Below, one piece after another: positions 34,890 through 47,558 of a stretch of DNA of 64,000 nt. The translations under genes were made by a program, and so were the position numbers. The DNA is taken from assembly GCA_032718475.1 (NCBI GenBank), contig JAUCBJ010008410.1, positions 1-64,000 of the forward strand, in the 5' to 3' direction. Source of the DNA: Nemertoderma westbladi (lineage: Eukaryota; Animalia; Xenacoelomorpha). How positions within the stretch are numbered: position 1 is the stretch's first letter; every line of letters begins with the position of its first letter. A model generated the notes under the pieces. That model was not told the DNA's origin. It made no database searches and worked only from the letters and a program-made list of their open reading frames with translations.

Positions 34890-37800
34890 TTACTCTAATG
34901 AAATAAGACCAATTTTTGAGCAATGATACTCAAATATCGCTTTCGTGAGTCCCTTTGTAAACATATCAGCAGTCATTTCCTTCGAGCTGCAGTATTTAAC
35001 AGTAACAATATTGCGAGCAATTAGTTCTCGAATGAAATGAAACCTGACATCGATATGTTTAGTACGATTGTGGAAGACAGGGTTCTTCACTAGTGCAATA
35101 GCACTCTGGTTATCCTCAAACATCATTACTGGTTCAACCTTTGACAATAATACGTTTGCTATCAAGATGCGCAACCACTTTGCCTCTTGGGCAGCTGAAC
35201 TTAATGCAACATATTCTGCTTCTGTTGAAGATATTGCCACAATGTCCTGTCTCTTGCTTCTCCAGCTAACAGCACAATCTCCTACAAAGAATATATATCC
35301 AGATGTAGATTTACGAGTTTCAGAACATCCTGCATGATTAGCATCTGAGTATCCACTTGCAGAAATCACTGAAGTTTCTTTAGCATTATATTTTAAACCT
35401 ACATTCAATGTACCACGGATATAACGAAATACACGTTTTACCCCCTTCCAATGTGCCTCTGATGGATCTGACATGTATTTACTTAAAATACCAATAGATG
35501 TAGCTAAATCTGGTCGAGTTCCAGTCATTGCATATGTGAGACTACCAATCGCTGTTTGATAAAGAGTTTTGTCAGCTGGTTTCTCATCATCAGTTCTCTT
35601 CTCGAATTTCACATTTGGATCAATTGGGGTAGCAACTGGTTTGCAGTTTAGCATACCAAATCTCTCAAGTACATTTTCTAAGTACTTTGATTGATTTATA
35701 GTCATTGTCCGATTCTTACGATCCCTAGTAATCACCATTCCAAGAATATATTCTAATTCTCCTTTATCAACCATTTCAAATCGACTAGATAATGTACATT
35801 TCTCTTGCATTAATATTTCATCATCACTTGATGCTATGAGAATATCATCTACATAGAGAACAATGATTACTACAATATCATTGACATACTTGATATACAT
35901 GCACGGATCAGCTTCATTTTGTTTGAATCCATTCGAAGTTAGATGCTTATCAATTAATTTATTCCAGCATCTAGAAGATTGTTTTAAACCATAAATGGCC
36001 TTCTTTAGTTTGCAGACGAAATCAGGACGTTTGTCATCAACATAGCCCTCCGGTTGCTTCATATAGATTTCATTCTCAAGTTCCCCATTTAGAAAGGCTG
36101 TTTTAACATCCATTTGATGTATTGACCAATTCAGTTGATTTGCAATAGCTAATACTGTACGAATAGCACTGTATTTAGCAACAGGTGCAAACACTTCATC
36201 ATAGTCTATCCCATATTCTTGAGTAAAACCACGTGCCACTAGACGGGCTTTATAACGTTCAATGGAACCATCAGGTTGATATTTATATTTGAGAATCCAT
36301 TTGCAATCAACAATATTTGCATCTGCGGGTGCTTTTACCAAAGTCCATGTCTGATTCTTTATTAGAGATTCATATTCAGTATCCATTGCCTCTCGCCAAT
36401 AATCACCATCATTTCGTGACCATGCTTCTTTGAGTGTTTGAGGTTCAATACTCTCCTCCTCTACAATCATGGCCTTCGGCCATTCAATTGTACCCAATCG
36501 GTCTGGTGGCTTACGTTGACGTGTTGGATAATGACGAACACTTTTTGATGTTGATGATGAAGTCATTTCACCTTCATTGATTGTTTCCACTACAGGTTCA
36601 TCATCTAAATCAAACCCATGAAATACTTCACCATCAGATGAAGACACACTATCTCCTATAGTCTCAATCTCCATAGCCTCTTGATTATTTACAATGTTTG
36701 ATGTATGATCAACTATACTCGTCCTAGTCTGTTGAGCCTCTTGATTATTTACAATGTTCGATGTATGATCAACTATACTCTTCCTAGTCTGTTGAGCCTC
36801 TTTTACAACTAGCTCCCCTTGATCAACATCGGAACTTTCCTTCATATATGGAGGTTTTAATATTGGATTTGTGACACGATTTGACATCTTTGGAAAACTA
36901 TTTTCAAAGAACTGTACATCACGACTCTCATAAATCCGCTTACTCTCTGGCTCATATAATCTATAACCCTTAGACTTTCCACTATATCCAATAAAGATGC
37001 ACTTACGAGCCTTTGCATCGAGTTTCTTTCGTTTCTCTCGTGGTAGATGCATAAATGAATAACATCCAAAAATTCTCAAAGAACTTACATCTGGTTTATT
37101 GCCAAACCAAACTTCATAGGGAGTCGACCCTTGAACTGCATTTGTAGGACATCGGTTGCGAATATAAACAGCAGTGCTCACAGCTTCTGCCCAGAACTGT
37201 TTTGATAATCCTGCTGCATATAACATTGACAATGCAAGTTCCATAATTGTGCGATTCATGCGCTCTGCAACTCCATTTTGTTGTGGATTATATGGAACAG
37301 TGAATTCATGCATAATTCCTTTAGATAAACAATACTCTTTTAATGAGGTTGAGTTATATTCGCCACCATTATCTGAACGTAATATCTTTACAGTTCGACC
37401 AATTTGGTTTTCAACTTTTGCTACAAAATCCTTGAAGCATTGAAATAGTTCACTTTTATGCTTCAATATATAAACTGTTGTATATCGTGATTTATCATCA
37501 ATGATAGTAGCAAAATATTTAGAACCACCAATTGATTCAGTGTCCATAGGGCCACATATATCTGAGTGAACAATATCAACTAGATCATCTGCCCTACGAG
37601 AAGAATGTGTAGGAAATGGGACCTTGTGCGATTTCCCTAGTGCACAACCCTCACAATTCGTATTGAAGGTTTCTATATCACAATTAATTCCACTTACCAT
37701 TTCATTATCCAATAATTGCTTTAAGCTATCAATTCCTACATGACCAAATCGTTCATGCCATATTTGACCAGGTAAAGAAGTAGCAACCAATGCAGAATTA

Positions 37801-38225
37801 CCAGTATGTACTTCAAGTTTATACAAGTCACCATCCACTCTACCATTTGCAATTACTTGTTTTCCATAACCAATTTCACATTCTGACCTATAAAAATTTA
37901 TATAAGCCCCTTTCTTTGTCAATGCACGAACTGAAAGAAGATTCTTCCCTAGTTTTGGAACATACAAAACTTCAGAAATACAAAGTTTAGCTCCGCAAGT
38001 AGATTGAATATTAACAATTCCTTTACCTATAGCATTTACATAACGTTTATCACCAAGATAAACATATTTGCAATGGTCAAATTTTTCATAATTTATGAAA
38101 CAATCTGACACAAATGTCATATGTTCGGTAGCTCCTGAATCAATATACCAATTATCACACCCAGTATTCGAATTGCTAATATGCAAAGCAAACGAACAGT
38201 TTTCAAGATAATCCAGCTCATTCAT
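34890..38225 (-). CDS. Copia pol (protease-integrase-RT-RNase H)
   Basis: WYIDSGA, HERFGH..CEGC, HSDICGP, LRSDNGGEY, QMDVKTAFLNG, YVDD, YSDA and TKHIDVRFHFIRE motifs. Confidence 0.95.
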   Translation of the reverse strand: MNELDYLENCSFALHISNSNTGCDNWYIDSGATEHMTFVSDCFINYEKFDHCKYVYLGDKRYVNAIGKGIVNIQSTCGAKLCISEVLYVPKLGKNLLSVRALTKKGAYINFYRSECEIGYGKQVIANGRVDGDLYKLEVHTGNSALVATSLPGQIWHERFGHVGIDSLKQLLDNEMVSGINCDIETFNTNCEGCALGKSHKVPFPTHSSRRADDLVDIVHSDICGPMDTESIGGSKYFATIIDDKSRYTTVYILKHKSELFQCFKDFVAKVENQIGRTVKILRSDNGGEYNSTSLKEYCLSKGIMHEFTVPYNPQQNGVAERMNRTIMELALSMLYAAGLSKQFWAEAVSTAVYIRNRCPTNAVQGSTPYEVWFGNKPDVSSLRIFGCYSFMHLPREKRKKLDAKARKCIFIGYSGKSKGYRLYEPESKRIYESRDVQFFENSFPKMSNRVTNPILKPPYMKESSDVDQGELVVKEAQQTRKSIVDHTSNIVNNQEAQQTRTSIVDHTSNIVNNQEAMEIETIGDSVSSSDGEVFHGFDLDDEPVVETINEGEMTSSSTSKSVRHYPTRQRKPPDRLGTIEWPKAMIVEEESIEPQTLKEAWSRNDGDYWREAMDTEYESLIKNQTWTLVKAPADANIVDCKWILKYKYQPDGSIERYKARLVARGFTQEYGIDYDEVFAPVAKYSAIRTVLAIANQLNWSIHQMDVKTAFLNGELENEIYMKQPEGYVDDKRPDFVCKLKKAIYGLKQSSRCWNKLIDKHLTSNGFKQNEADPCMYIKYVNDIVVIIVLYVDDILIASSDDEILMQEKCTLSSRFEMVDKGELEYILGMVITRDRKNRTMTINQSKYLENVLERFGMLNCKPVATPIDPNVKFEKRTDDEKPADKTLYQTAIGSLTYAMTGTRPDLATSIGILSKYMSDPSEAHWKGVKRVFRYIRGTLNVGLKYNAKETSVISASGYSDANHAGCSETRKSTSGYIFFVGDCAVSWRSKRQDIVAISSTEAEYVALSSAAQEAKWLRILIANVLLSKVEPVMMFEDNQSAIALVKNPVFHNRTKHIDVRFHFIRELIARNIVTVKYCSSKEMTADMFTKGLTKAIFEYHCSKIGLISLE

Positions 38226-39091
38226 TCTGATTCTGATTCACTACCTTTAACAAGAAGTCCCTCTGACTTCTTTCGAGTTGGACACGCTGAAGCCCAATGT
38301 GAATTATCACTGCAAAGTTGACAACCTCTTTGAGTACATTTCCGAGCAAAATGTCCCCCAACACCACACTTGAAACATGGAGCCTTGCTCTTCCGGAATC
38401 CTGGTGAAGAAGTGAACTGCTGCGGCTTGCTACTCCCACTGTCTTGTTGTCCCTTCTTTGCATAACCCTTTTGTTTCACTGATAAAAGGGCATTCTCTGT
38501 TTCACTATTGTGTGTGTGCCGTGCACTTTCATTAAACAGTAAACCCTTTATATTGTCCCATGACATTTCATTGACAGCAACATCAATCGCTGACAGCATG
38601 GAATTATACGATGATGGAAGTGATCCTAAAACAGTAAGTGCGAATGCCTTGTCCGTAATATTCTCTTCTGGATCAAGTTCATTAATCTTTGTGTAAAGAT
38701 TCCTCATCTCCGTAACATGTTTCTCAACGTTGCCACCATTTGGCAACTGTTTATTGAAAAATTCGGTTCGAAGTCTAACAATCTTTAGCCATGATTTTCG
38801 ATCAAACTGTTCCTCTAATGCATCCCAAGTTTCCTTTGCAGTCGTTGCATCCTTTATATAGCAACGCAATTCCGGATCAATAGCTAGTGCAATAGTTGTG
38901 CGTGCGCGAGTTTTCCTTCGCATAAACGCAGCTCTACCAGCTCCTTCCGGTGGAGTAGGATCTCCAATGACAAACTCCCACAAATCGTGATGTTCCAATG
39001 TAAGCTGCATTGTGTAACGCCATTCACGATAGTTTTCGGACCGCAGTTTCTCGATTTTCTCTATCTTTAAACCGCCAATATCATCCGCCAT
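38222..39091 (-). CDS. Copia gag with zinc knuckles
   Basis: NYREWR, AKETWDAL and LGSLPSSY motifs, with CFKCGVGGHFARKC and CQLCSDNSHWASAC knuckles. Confidence 0.92.
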   Translation of the reverse strand: MADDIGGLKIEKIEKLRSENYREWRYTMQLTLEHHDLWEFVIGDPTPPEGAGRAAFMRRKTRARTTIALAIDPELRCYIKDATTAKETWDALEEQFDRKSWLKIVRLRTEFFNKQLPNGGNVEKHVTEMRNLYTKINELDPEENITDKAFALTVLGSLPSSYNSMLSAIDVAVNEMSWDNIKGLLFNESARHTHNSETENALLSVKQKGYAKKGQQDSGSSKPQQFTSSPGFRKSKAPCFKCGVGGHFARKCTQRGCQLCSDNSHWASACPTRKKSEGLLVKGSESESE

Positions 39092-42000
39092 TTCAGTAAA
39101 CTATCTGTGTGCAATTAATTATAACAGCAACAAAGGAGTAAACAATATCGATTTGTTAAATTTCAGTCACTGATCCTTTCCCACTACTGCTACCGCTTGC
39201 CGGTACCGGTAACCACGATAATTAGCGATTTTTGTATTTGCAAAGTTTCCTTGCATACCAGTACTCATTACAATTCATTACAATTAACAGTACCATAGCA
39301 TCTGACTGCCTGTTACCTGGGCCCATAACCTGTTAGAAGTTGAAGTGTATATATTGAATATCATTATAATATAATAGGCCTACTAGCCAAACATGACTGC
39401 AGATATATAAACCTAGCGCAGTACAGCAGTACTTCTGACAGTCATTGTAGATGCTTAGTACCGGTTGCCGGTAGCACAATGATAAACTATAATGTAATAC
39501 AACTAGAGTATTTAAATTTCCCGCCACACCCTTAAGATACTGATCATCGCATAATATATTGTCATACAGTTTAAAGGTAAGTTACAGTTTCTAACATTTG
39601 GTAATGCGTTTCAAGTTTGGTGGCCTTTAGGTAGTCTGCACTTTGCTTCACCCCTCGTTCTGCTCCATCATTGATATTTGTGATAGCAACTATGTTGGAT
39701 TAAGATGTCTTAAATGCTGCTGATAATTGCCACTTATCAACATCTTCTCTTAAAAATGAGGAATCTAACTCTAATAGAGAAAATATATACAAAGAATCCT
39801 CCATTACTAAGTCGTACAGTCGGGTTGATAATGATATATTAGCTGAAAACTTTGACTTACCAAAGCCAGTACCAAAACGGTTCCTTGGGGATATAACAAT
39901 GGTTGATGGTTTGACTCCTATCAGTTGATCGGCCAATAAACGTTTTTCCTTATCTGGAACATGGCTGCCAAATAGAGCTAAGGTTACCTACCGTCTTAGC
40001 CGTTAAATACCAAAGATGTGGATGAAATTCTACTCTGGCACTATTTGAAACACAACTGTTTACCTCATAATACTGCAGTAGAAGATGGAACAGCTCCAAA
40101 TCATTCCAAGGTGCATTAGCAACGAACAACATATCCACCAGCATGAGTATATATGTGAAGCAAATGTAACAAATTGACATATCTTCTCAATGTGGGAGGT
40201 TGAAGTTATTGTTCCCAATGGTAAATCCTTGATAGATTCCTGGAATAGAACAATTTTAATTGAATAGATTAATATAGACATCCACCTGGCTTTGTGTAAG
40301 GCACCAGGTCGGTTGAATTTAAAAGCTGCTTGATCACCAGAAGGTAAACCATTGACAAAGAGTAAACATAGCTCAGCAAAATTCTTGTAGTCATCTCTTG
40401 GCATATCTTTATACTGACCTACTGACTTCAGTAATTTGGATCTATCATTCAATAATGATTGAGCTTCTACACTATATTGAGATATATCCATTATAGACAG
40501 CTTCCCTTTATGGTCATTGTATGGCAGAAGTTCATATTTAGTGCGAAATCTAGCAAACAATTGAACTTCTTGAGTCTTTGAAGCTTCAATATGTAAATTT
40601 TCAAAGACATGATTTAGTATTAATTCCCTAATATGGTGGCAACATCCTGACCACAATAAGGCTCTACCAAGCCGTTGTTGAATTGATACACAAGCAGCAG
40701 TTATATATGTCCTGTATTAGTTGCTGTGGTATCGAATGTCATGTTGACAATATTGTCAGAAAAGTTCCCGGACTCTAAAAGATCAACTGTTAGATTAGCT
40801 ATAATAGAACCTGAGGATTGATCTGTGCCTGGTTGGTAAGAAGACATTCTTCCAACACATGGATTGTCAAGTTTGGGCAATAGTTTTGAATTCCAGTGTA
40901 GTGTTGCTAAATGTGGGGATAACCAATTTCTTTTCATTGCATCTGCAATTTCTTTACATATACTACGACGTGCACAGTCAAAGGATGCATATGAGGTGGA
41001 AACTTTGGATACACCTCCACCAGCTTCTTTGATTAGTGCTTTAGAATAGGCAGATTGTTGGGTTGGAGTCAGGTTGCAGCATCTTTGACATCTTTAATAT
41101 TAACATTACATGGCCACAGTTGAAATGTTGTTTTCAATCGATCATCCATTGCTTTTAATTTTGCTTTAGTTGCATCAGTAGTTCTTAAGTTTAATGGTAT
41201 ACTTCTTAGCTTAGCATTATCATCTAAAAGCTTCACCATTTTTTCATGACCTTTCCTCTCAGTTATCATAGGTATATTTCATTTATTATAAAATGTGACA
41301 AGTTGATCATTAACAATTTTCGTTGCTTCCCATTTTGTACGTTGAATAGATGTATGGTAAATAAGGCAAAATAGTTTACAATTTGGAAGTCGAGATCCAC
41401 AAATATCAGCATCATGGGAAGTTACTCCTCTTGGTAATCCAAACAGCATACTACTTTGACGAGTTTTTTGACTAGTCATATTATTTATCAATAATTATCT
41501 CTTTTGTAGACAATTAACAATACTAAGTATGTACTGGTACAGTGGTAAATAAACATATAACGATATAGGCCTAACAGAAGAACATTGCAATGGAAAGGGC
41601 AATGCATCACTTTCAACAAGATTTGTAGTTTTGGAACGGTTTTGTGGCCCATCCAGCCTAAAATAATAACAAAAGCAACAATATTATAATAATAATTGCA
41701 CTATTGCACTATCTATAACACACACAGTACAACTGAATTGTTAATATAGTAATTCAGATATAGTGAATGTATGAATGCAGAATATGGAAATGGGGTCTTT
41801 TTGAAATAGCCTTGTACTGTTTGAAAATCTAGCTGAAATTGGCAAAATTTTTAAATACAGCAGCCCACTGTCGTCAGAGGGACATGTAATGGATATCCAC
41901 ATGATCCTTAATATATAATTATAAGTATATCATGCAGCATATCATTTAAAATTCATTCAAAACCATTCAAATCATATAAAAATGTAAGGGGCGTTTGATG

Positions 42001-42199
42001 CACCCTAATACAGAATCAAGCAATTCTGCACTATGTTTCCATATTCATTAGGTAGGCAATAAGACATAAATAGACATAGACAAAACGCGCATTCAGATAT
42101 ATCAAGAAAGCAGTACAGTACAGAGTTCCGGTATAACTAAAAGAGATTTTCATCATAACATTGACGTAGTGAGTGTAGGGATTGGTCTGTTAAACCCAA

Positions 42200-42860
42200 A
42201 GTCAACAATTTATGATGATGTATCCATACAATTTTATTGTAATCTCCAAACCGTTCAACTATTGTTTTTAATGCCATTCCATAATTGGCATCTAAAGCGG
42301 TATAACCTTCTTTTATTTGTGCAGCTTCCCCTATAAGTAGAGGCTTTAAGTTGTTAAATTTTTGAGACTTTGTAAGGTCAGCCCTGGATCCAACCTCAGC
42401 ATGAAATTGGTCAATAAAACATGGCCATTTTGTAAGTGAGCTATCGTATTTTGTTAATTCAATTTTTGGTAATTTCGATGTAGTTACAGTAGATGAACTA
42501 GACCTTGATGACTGGTTTCTATCAGTGTTTGCTCTGTCTATAAGTGTTCTAAACTTATTAATCTGCCCTTTAACTACATCTGAACGAATGCCATCATCTC
42601 CTTCCCGCTCAGCTATTGCCTCAGATGCAACTTCATATTGGTCATCATCACTAAAAATTCCTTGAAATTTAAAATTAAAATTAAAATTTCTTGAAATGTA
42701 TTATCCATTCTTTCATGAAAAATACATAATGTCTCATATGTACCTTCATTGTCATTTTTCACATTAAATAATTTCTCTACATTTTGATATATTTTTGTGT
42801 AAGCCATGCATTTATTTTTTCTTTCTAACTTTACTTTAGCTATTAAGCTGTTTGGATCTA
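42200..42860 (-). mobile_element. BEL/Pao retrotransposon gag remnant
   Basis: The minus strand encodes KLPKIELTKYD...W..FIDQF...KFNNLK..L.GEA...NY..AL....ERFG (DUF1759-like). Confidence 0.7.
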
Positions 42861-44237
42861 TTCAACTTGTTTTAGAGGCATACTATTGCATAGGTTTTGT
42901 AGGCCTGTAGGCTCAGGTGATGTAATTAATAATAAACCTAATTAACCCAATATTTCATTTGGTTAGGCCGATTTACACTGTACATTATTATACCAAGCTG
43001 CCAAACAATTAATAATCATCATCAACAGTCAAGTCAACCAATCAAACAGTTAAATATAGCAGAAAGGAGATAATCATTAAATATAAGCAATCAAGAAGCG
43101 GAAACAGACAGTAGAAAGGAACATACATTGATTGTAGAATTCGACGAGTAATTATATAGAATAATTTCAGCAGTATGATAATATTTCATCATATACATTA
43201 ACACAATATTCACTGCAGTAGGATAGCAAACTAACCTCGGTCTTTATAAGTTAATTAACATTTCAACGTATATTCAAGTATTCAACATTTCATTATCTGT
43301 AGGAAGATGGCCTAGGACAGTAGCACTATTTCCTGTTTCCAAGGCATCCACAGATACAAAACATGTTAATCAATGCGGTCCGACATCCCCAGTCTGCAAT
43401 AGGATGTGCAATATAATGTAATTAGCTGTATTTACTGCTACACGCTGTACTTAACATTTCGGATTACATAAAAATACTGCAGTACTGAATGCTACTAAAT
43501 TAGCTTAATCAAAAATTTGATATTATTGCAATGCACCGGCTACCGTGTAGTACTGAAGATACCAATTGTAAAAATAAGGACTTGGACCTAAGACCTAAGA
43601 AGATATAATAATAAGTAATAATATGGCGTAATAATAATAATAAAAAATAAAATAAAATAAACGATAGGAGAGTACAAGAGTCAGGATGTAGGTACTTGGT
43701 GATGGCCAAATTTAGGATTACATTGTTCTGTTAATATAGTTATTGAGTTAATGAGTCTAGATAATCGGATATTATAGACTGACATATTATTCTGAAGGAA
43801 TTCTTCTTAGTTAAACTTACATCAATTACAAACCAAGTTGTTTGTTGTTGTAGTTGTTTATCTTTCCTTTAGCCCTGATATGTAATATATTCGCAAATTT
43901 TGGATACTATAATCAATTTTCAATCGTGAAGTTTATCCTCAGTGGCGAACTCATTTATTTATATTCATCTAGTTAGCAGGGTTGTCAATTTACTTCTTTC
44001 GGTCTGATTAATTTTCTTCATTTTTTGTTTTAAATAGGGTACAATGAGCAGAAATAGGAAGATCTGCATTATGTTAAATATTAAATTAATCAAACTAAAA
44101 ATTGAAATTGACCAGAATTTTATTTTATTGATTTTAAGTTATTACTCCTATATCCAAATAAAAATGTATTGAAATTTTCTGATTTTCTGAATTCAATTTT
44201 ATAGATTACTAAAATAAGTTATTTTGATATGTATTAG

Positions 44238-44394
44238 GGATGCTACTGCATGGTCTGATTGTTCAACCAGCACTTTAGATTTCTACAATGAGTACTATGG
44301 TTGCCTTGACAATGATTTTGGCTTTGGGTTAACTGGTCCAACTTGTGGTAACAGGGTTGTGGATGCTGGAGAACAGTGTGACTGTGGTAGTGTG
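44238..44394 (+). CDS. Host ADAM exon: end of metalloprotease domain and start of disintegrin domain
   Basis: Encodes DATAWSDCS...GCLDN...CGNRVVDAGEQCDCGSV. AG acceptor and GTAAGT donor; the phase-2 start matches the 33316 donor. Confidence 0.9.
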
Positions 44395-44562
44395 GTAAGT
44401 ACAAGTTAATACACTACATACTGTACTTATTGTATAAGGAGAACTTCAGATTGTCCGATGTCGTTTTCCCTACCTGAAGGTCAATCTAAGGAACTAGTTT
44501 CATACCACCCTGCCTTAAGAGGAATCTGGCAGAAAAAAAAAGAAAGAAAAGAGTTGGATAGT

Positions 44563-44893
44563 GACAGTATCGATTTCTGGAGTTAGTGTGGTGCCCTGCG
44601 ACAGTATCGATTTCGGGAGTTAGTGTGGTGCCCTCCCTGCATTAAAGATAGTGACAGTATCGATTTCGGGAGTTAGTGTGGTGCCCTCCCTGCGTAAGTT
44701 GGATAGCGACAGTATCGATTTCGGGAGTTAGTGTGGTGCCCTGCGACAGTATCGATTTCGGGAGTTAGTGTGGTGCCCTCCCTGCATTAAAGATAGTGAC
44801 AGTATCGATTTCGGGAGTTAGTGTGGTGCCCTGCGACAGTATCGATTTCGGGAGTTCGTGTGGTGCCATCCCTCCCTCCCTGCATTAAAGATA
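44563..44893. repeat. Minisatellite: 7 copies of a ~35-bp core GACAGTATCGATTTCGGGAGTTAGTGTGGTGCCCT with short variable linkers
   Basis: Copies start at about 44563, 44600, 44653, 44708, 44745, 44798 and 44835. Confidence 0.9.
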
Positions 44894-47558
44894 TGGGGAA
44901 GAATTATTATCATCTAGATAATGATATATTGACATATACACTGTATAATGATACAGTGCAGTGGCTTCTTGCCATCCACTGCAATCATATAATAAGATAA
45001 TCATATGACAAGATTGGTCTATAATTTAAGTTGCACGATTTTCTTTAATGACAACCGGAGGAGGGCAAGAGGCTGCTGGCCAGCCAATCAGAACATGATA
45101 CGTGTCTGCTAAAGGATAATCGGTCTTGATTATAAACGAAGATGAATTGGAGTTGAATTAACATGGTTGATAAACTGTGGTGTGTTGCGATGCTGAGGCG
45201 ACTAACGAAGCATCCTTTCGATTAATATATTTTGTTCATGGAAGTTGTTAGCAGTTCGATAACCTGCAGTCCGGAAGGATTGTTATAATTTCTAAATATG
45301 TTTAATGAATCAATGATATATCGATTTGTTATTGTAATAATATTATTGTATTATAATAGTCAATCAACTAAACTACATCTAATTCCAATCATACTCTTTA
45401 TATTTATTTTTCTTAGGACTATAATTTACTGGTTAACCATCCCTTTACTGTTATATACATACTATCACAGTATAATATATTTTTTATTATTAAAAGGATA
45501 TTTGCCAAGAGGAAGATAATCTATGCTGCAACCCACGAACCTGTCAGTTCTACTCCGATGGATATGAAGTTTACAAATACCATGACAACATTGGGGTTGA
45601 CTTGTGCTCGAAGTTCACATGCGAGGCCCAGGTTACTGCAATTTAAATTTAGTTTTTATATGAATTTGAGTGCTTTATGCAAACTGTTTATGTTTTATAT
45701 TATATTGTAAACCAAATTTGTTTGCAATTTGAAAAAAATTTGAGGGAAGGGATTCGTTGTTGTATTAAGGTGTATCATTTATAAATTCAGCCTCTATGTC
45801 TAATATCAATATTAAAATATTAAAAATTATATAAATATAATATAATAAAAATAATATTAAAAATACCTTGCTGAGGAGCAGAGATACAACATGGGTTTTT
45901 TTTAAGACCTTTTGGTCAATAAGATTTAAATAGTACAAACTTTACCCTGGTTTAATTTGTTATTATTAACCTCTAGTTAAAATAAACGAAGTGTTATTAT
46001 TATATATTATATCTTATTATTCTTATTATTATTCTTATATTATATCTTACTGTATGTTAAATTGACCATTAAACCCCTTTTTTAGCCTCTTTAAAAACTT
46101 TAATTAATTAAGTATACTAATTGATAGACTATTAAACTTTATAAAGTAACATATTTAGGCGCATACGTAAGCCTCTTAAGGGGGGGGGGGGGGGGGGGGG
46201 GCACCATTTTCGGACAACTTGCGCTTTTTTCACTCCCAGCTTGTCAAAAGTGGTTGGTTTGGCCTATAAATTTGATCATAAGTGCCTAAGATGTTGTTCT
46301 ACACGTGTGACTGAAAATTTTAAATTTTCACTTATTTAATATTAGTTAATATAAAAAAAGGTGGTTGCGCTTAAATCCCTAAGGCTTTTACAGTTTTAAA
46401 TTTAATTACATGAAAGTTTTTTTAAATGATAGAGCAAAGGTGGGGCAACATAACTATCAGGTGAATTTAAATGAAAATTAGTCTACGCCGCTAGGGAAAG
46501 TTGCAAAGATGTGCAATTTTTCAGATAATTTTTAATTAATATTAAATTTTATTAACTAAATATTTTAAAAATTTGTCTGATACTTTTATGCACAGTCACA
46601 TTCTAGACATTCAGTGAAATTTTCAGATAATTCGGAGAAAAATTGTAAAGTAGTAGGGTTTTAAAGTTACTGAAGTCGGGGAAAAAATATTCTGAGATAA
46701 TTGAGGTTAAACATTTTGCAAACAATTTTATTAAAATTATTGTTTACAAAATATGCTATGATTGCTATATTTGCTTAAAAAACGCCACATGGGGGTTTTC
46801 GGGCATTCTGAATACAATGGAAATGAAGAGTAGGTCGCGCAACGTATTTTGGTCCCCGCTAGGGGGCGCAGCATAATTCTAGAAAAAGCGCAAAAATCAC
46901 GAAATTTAAAAATATTGCAAAAACTGCTGCATTCGCTTTAAAAATGCCACGTGGGGGTTTTTTAGTGTCATAAATACAATGGAAATGGATAAAAGGTTGC
47001 CCAACGCAATTTAGTGCCCGCTAGGGGGCGTAATAAAATGCTACAATATTCACAAAATATATTTTATATTATATATTTTATTTTATATTTACATTATATT
47101 TTTAAAATGTTCATATTGGCTTTAAAATCTGCACGTGGTGGTTTTCAAGAGTTCTGAAACCAATGGAAATAAGTAGAGGGTCGCACATTGAAATCTATCG
47201 CCCGCTAGGGGGTGCTAAGTTTCTAGAAAGAGGCCCAAAATGAGTTTAAAAGTAAATGAGTATAAAAGACAAGGGATTTAATTTATCTACAGTTGAATTC
47301 TATGTGTTACCAAAACCTCCTGGGACATATGACTCGTCATCACGTTTACCATGATACTTATTTATAATGGTACTATGTTTGTCTTCAATCGAACGTTTGA
47401 GTCGAAACACGTCTTTTCGATAACTAAGACGATTGGCTTGTGAGTCTTCATCAACCTCACCATACAGATGGGAAATCACAGCATTCCTGGCAAATGATCC
47501 TTCGTTGTAGGCAAGCACAGCTGATGCGGCAGCCAAGGATACTCTGGTGCGTAAAAAC

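Larger units (their letters stand above)
34584..39596 (-). mobile_element. Full-length Ty1/Copia LTR retrotransposon, recent insertion
   Basis: 266-bp LTRs at 34584-34849 and 39331-39596 (TG..CA, one difference seen), TTTGG TSD, PBS GGTTATGGGCCCAG and a PPT near 34850-34858. Confidence 0.97.
33843..42007 (-). mobile_element. hAT (hATm-like) DNA transposon, degenerate, with Copia inserted
   Basis: TIRs TAGGGTGCATCAAATGCCCC and GGGGCGTTTGATGCACCCTA. Transposase fragments at 39600-41491 (FDTTATNTG, CCHHIREL, RDDY, PGALHKARWM, HLWYL). Confidence 0.85.

Noticed and set aside
35068-38696. Short + strand ORFs within the Copia element (and similar antisense ORFs in the LINEs and PolB)
   Set aside because: They are antisense shadows of real coding frames with no recognisable motifs.
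44563-44893. CRISPR-like array of 35-bp repeats
   Set aside because: The linkers are 2-20 bp and recur rather than being unique spacers. There are no cas genes and the context is a eukaryotic intron.
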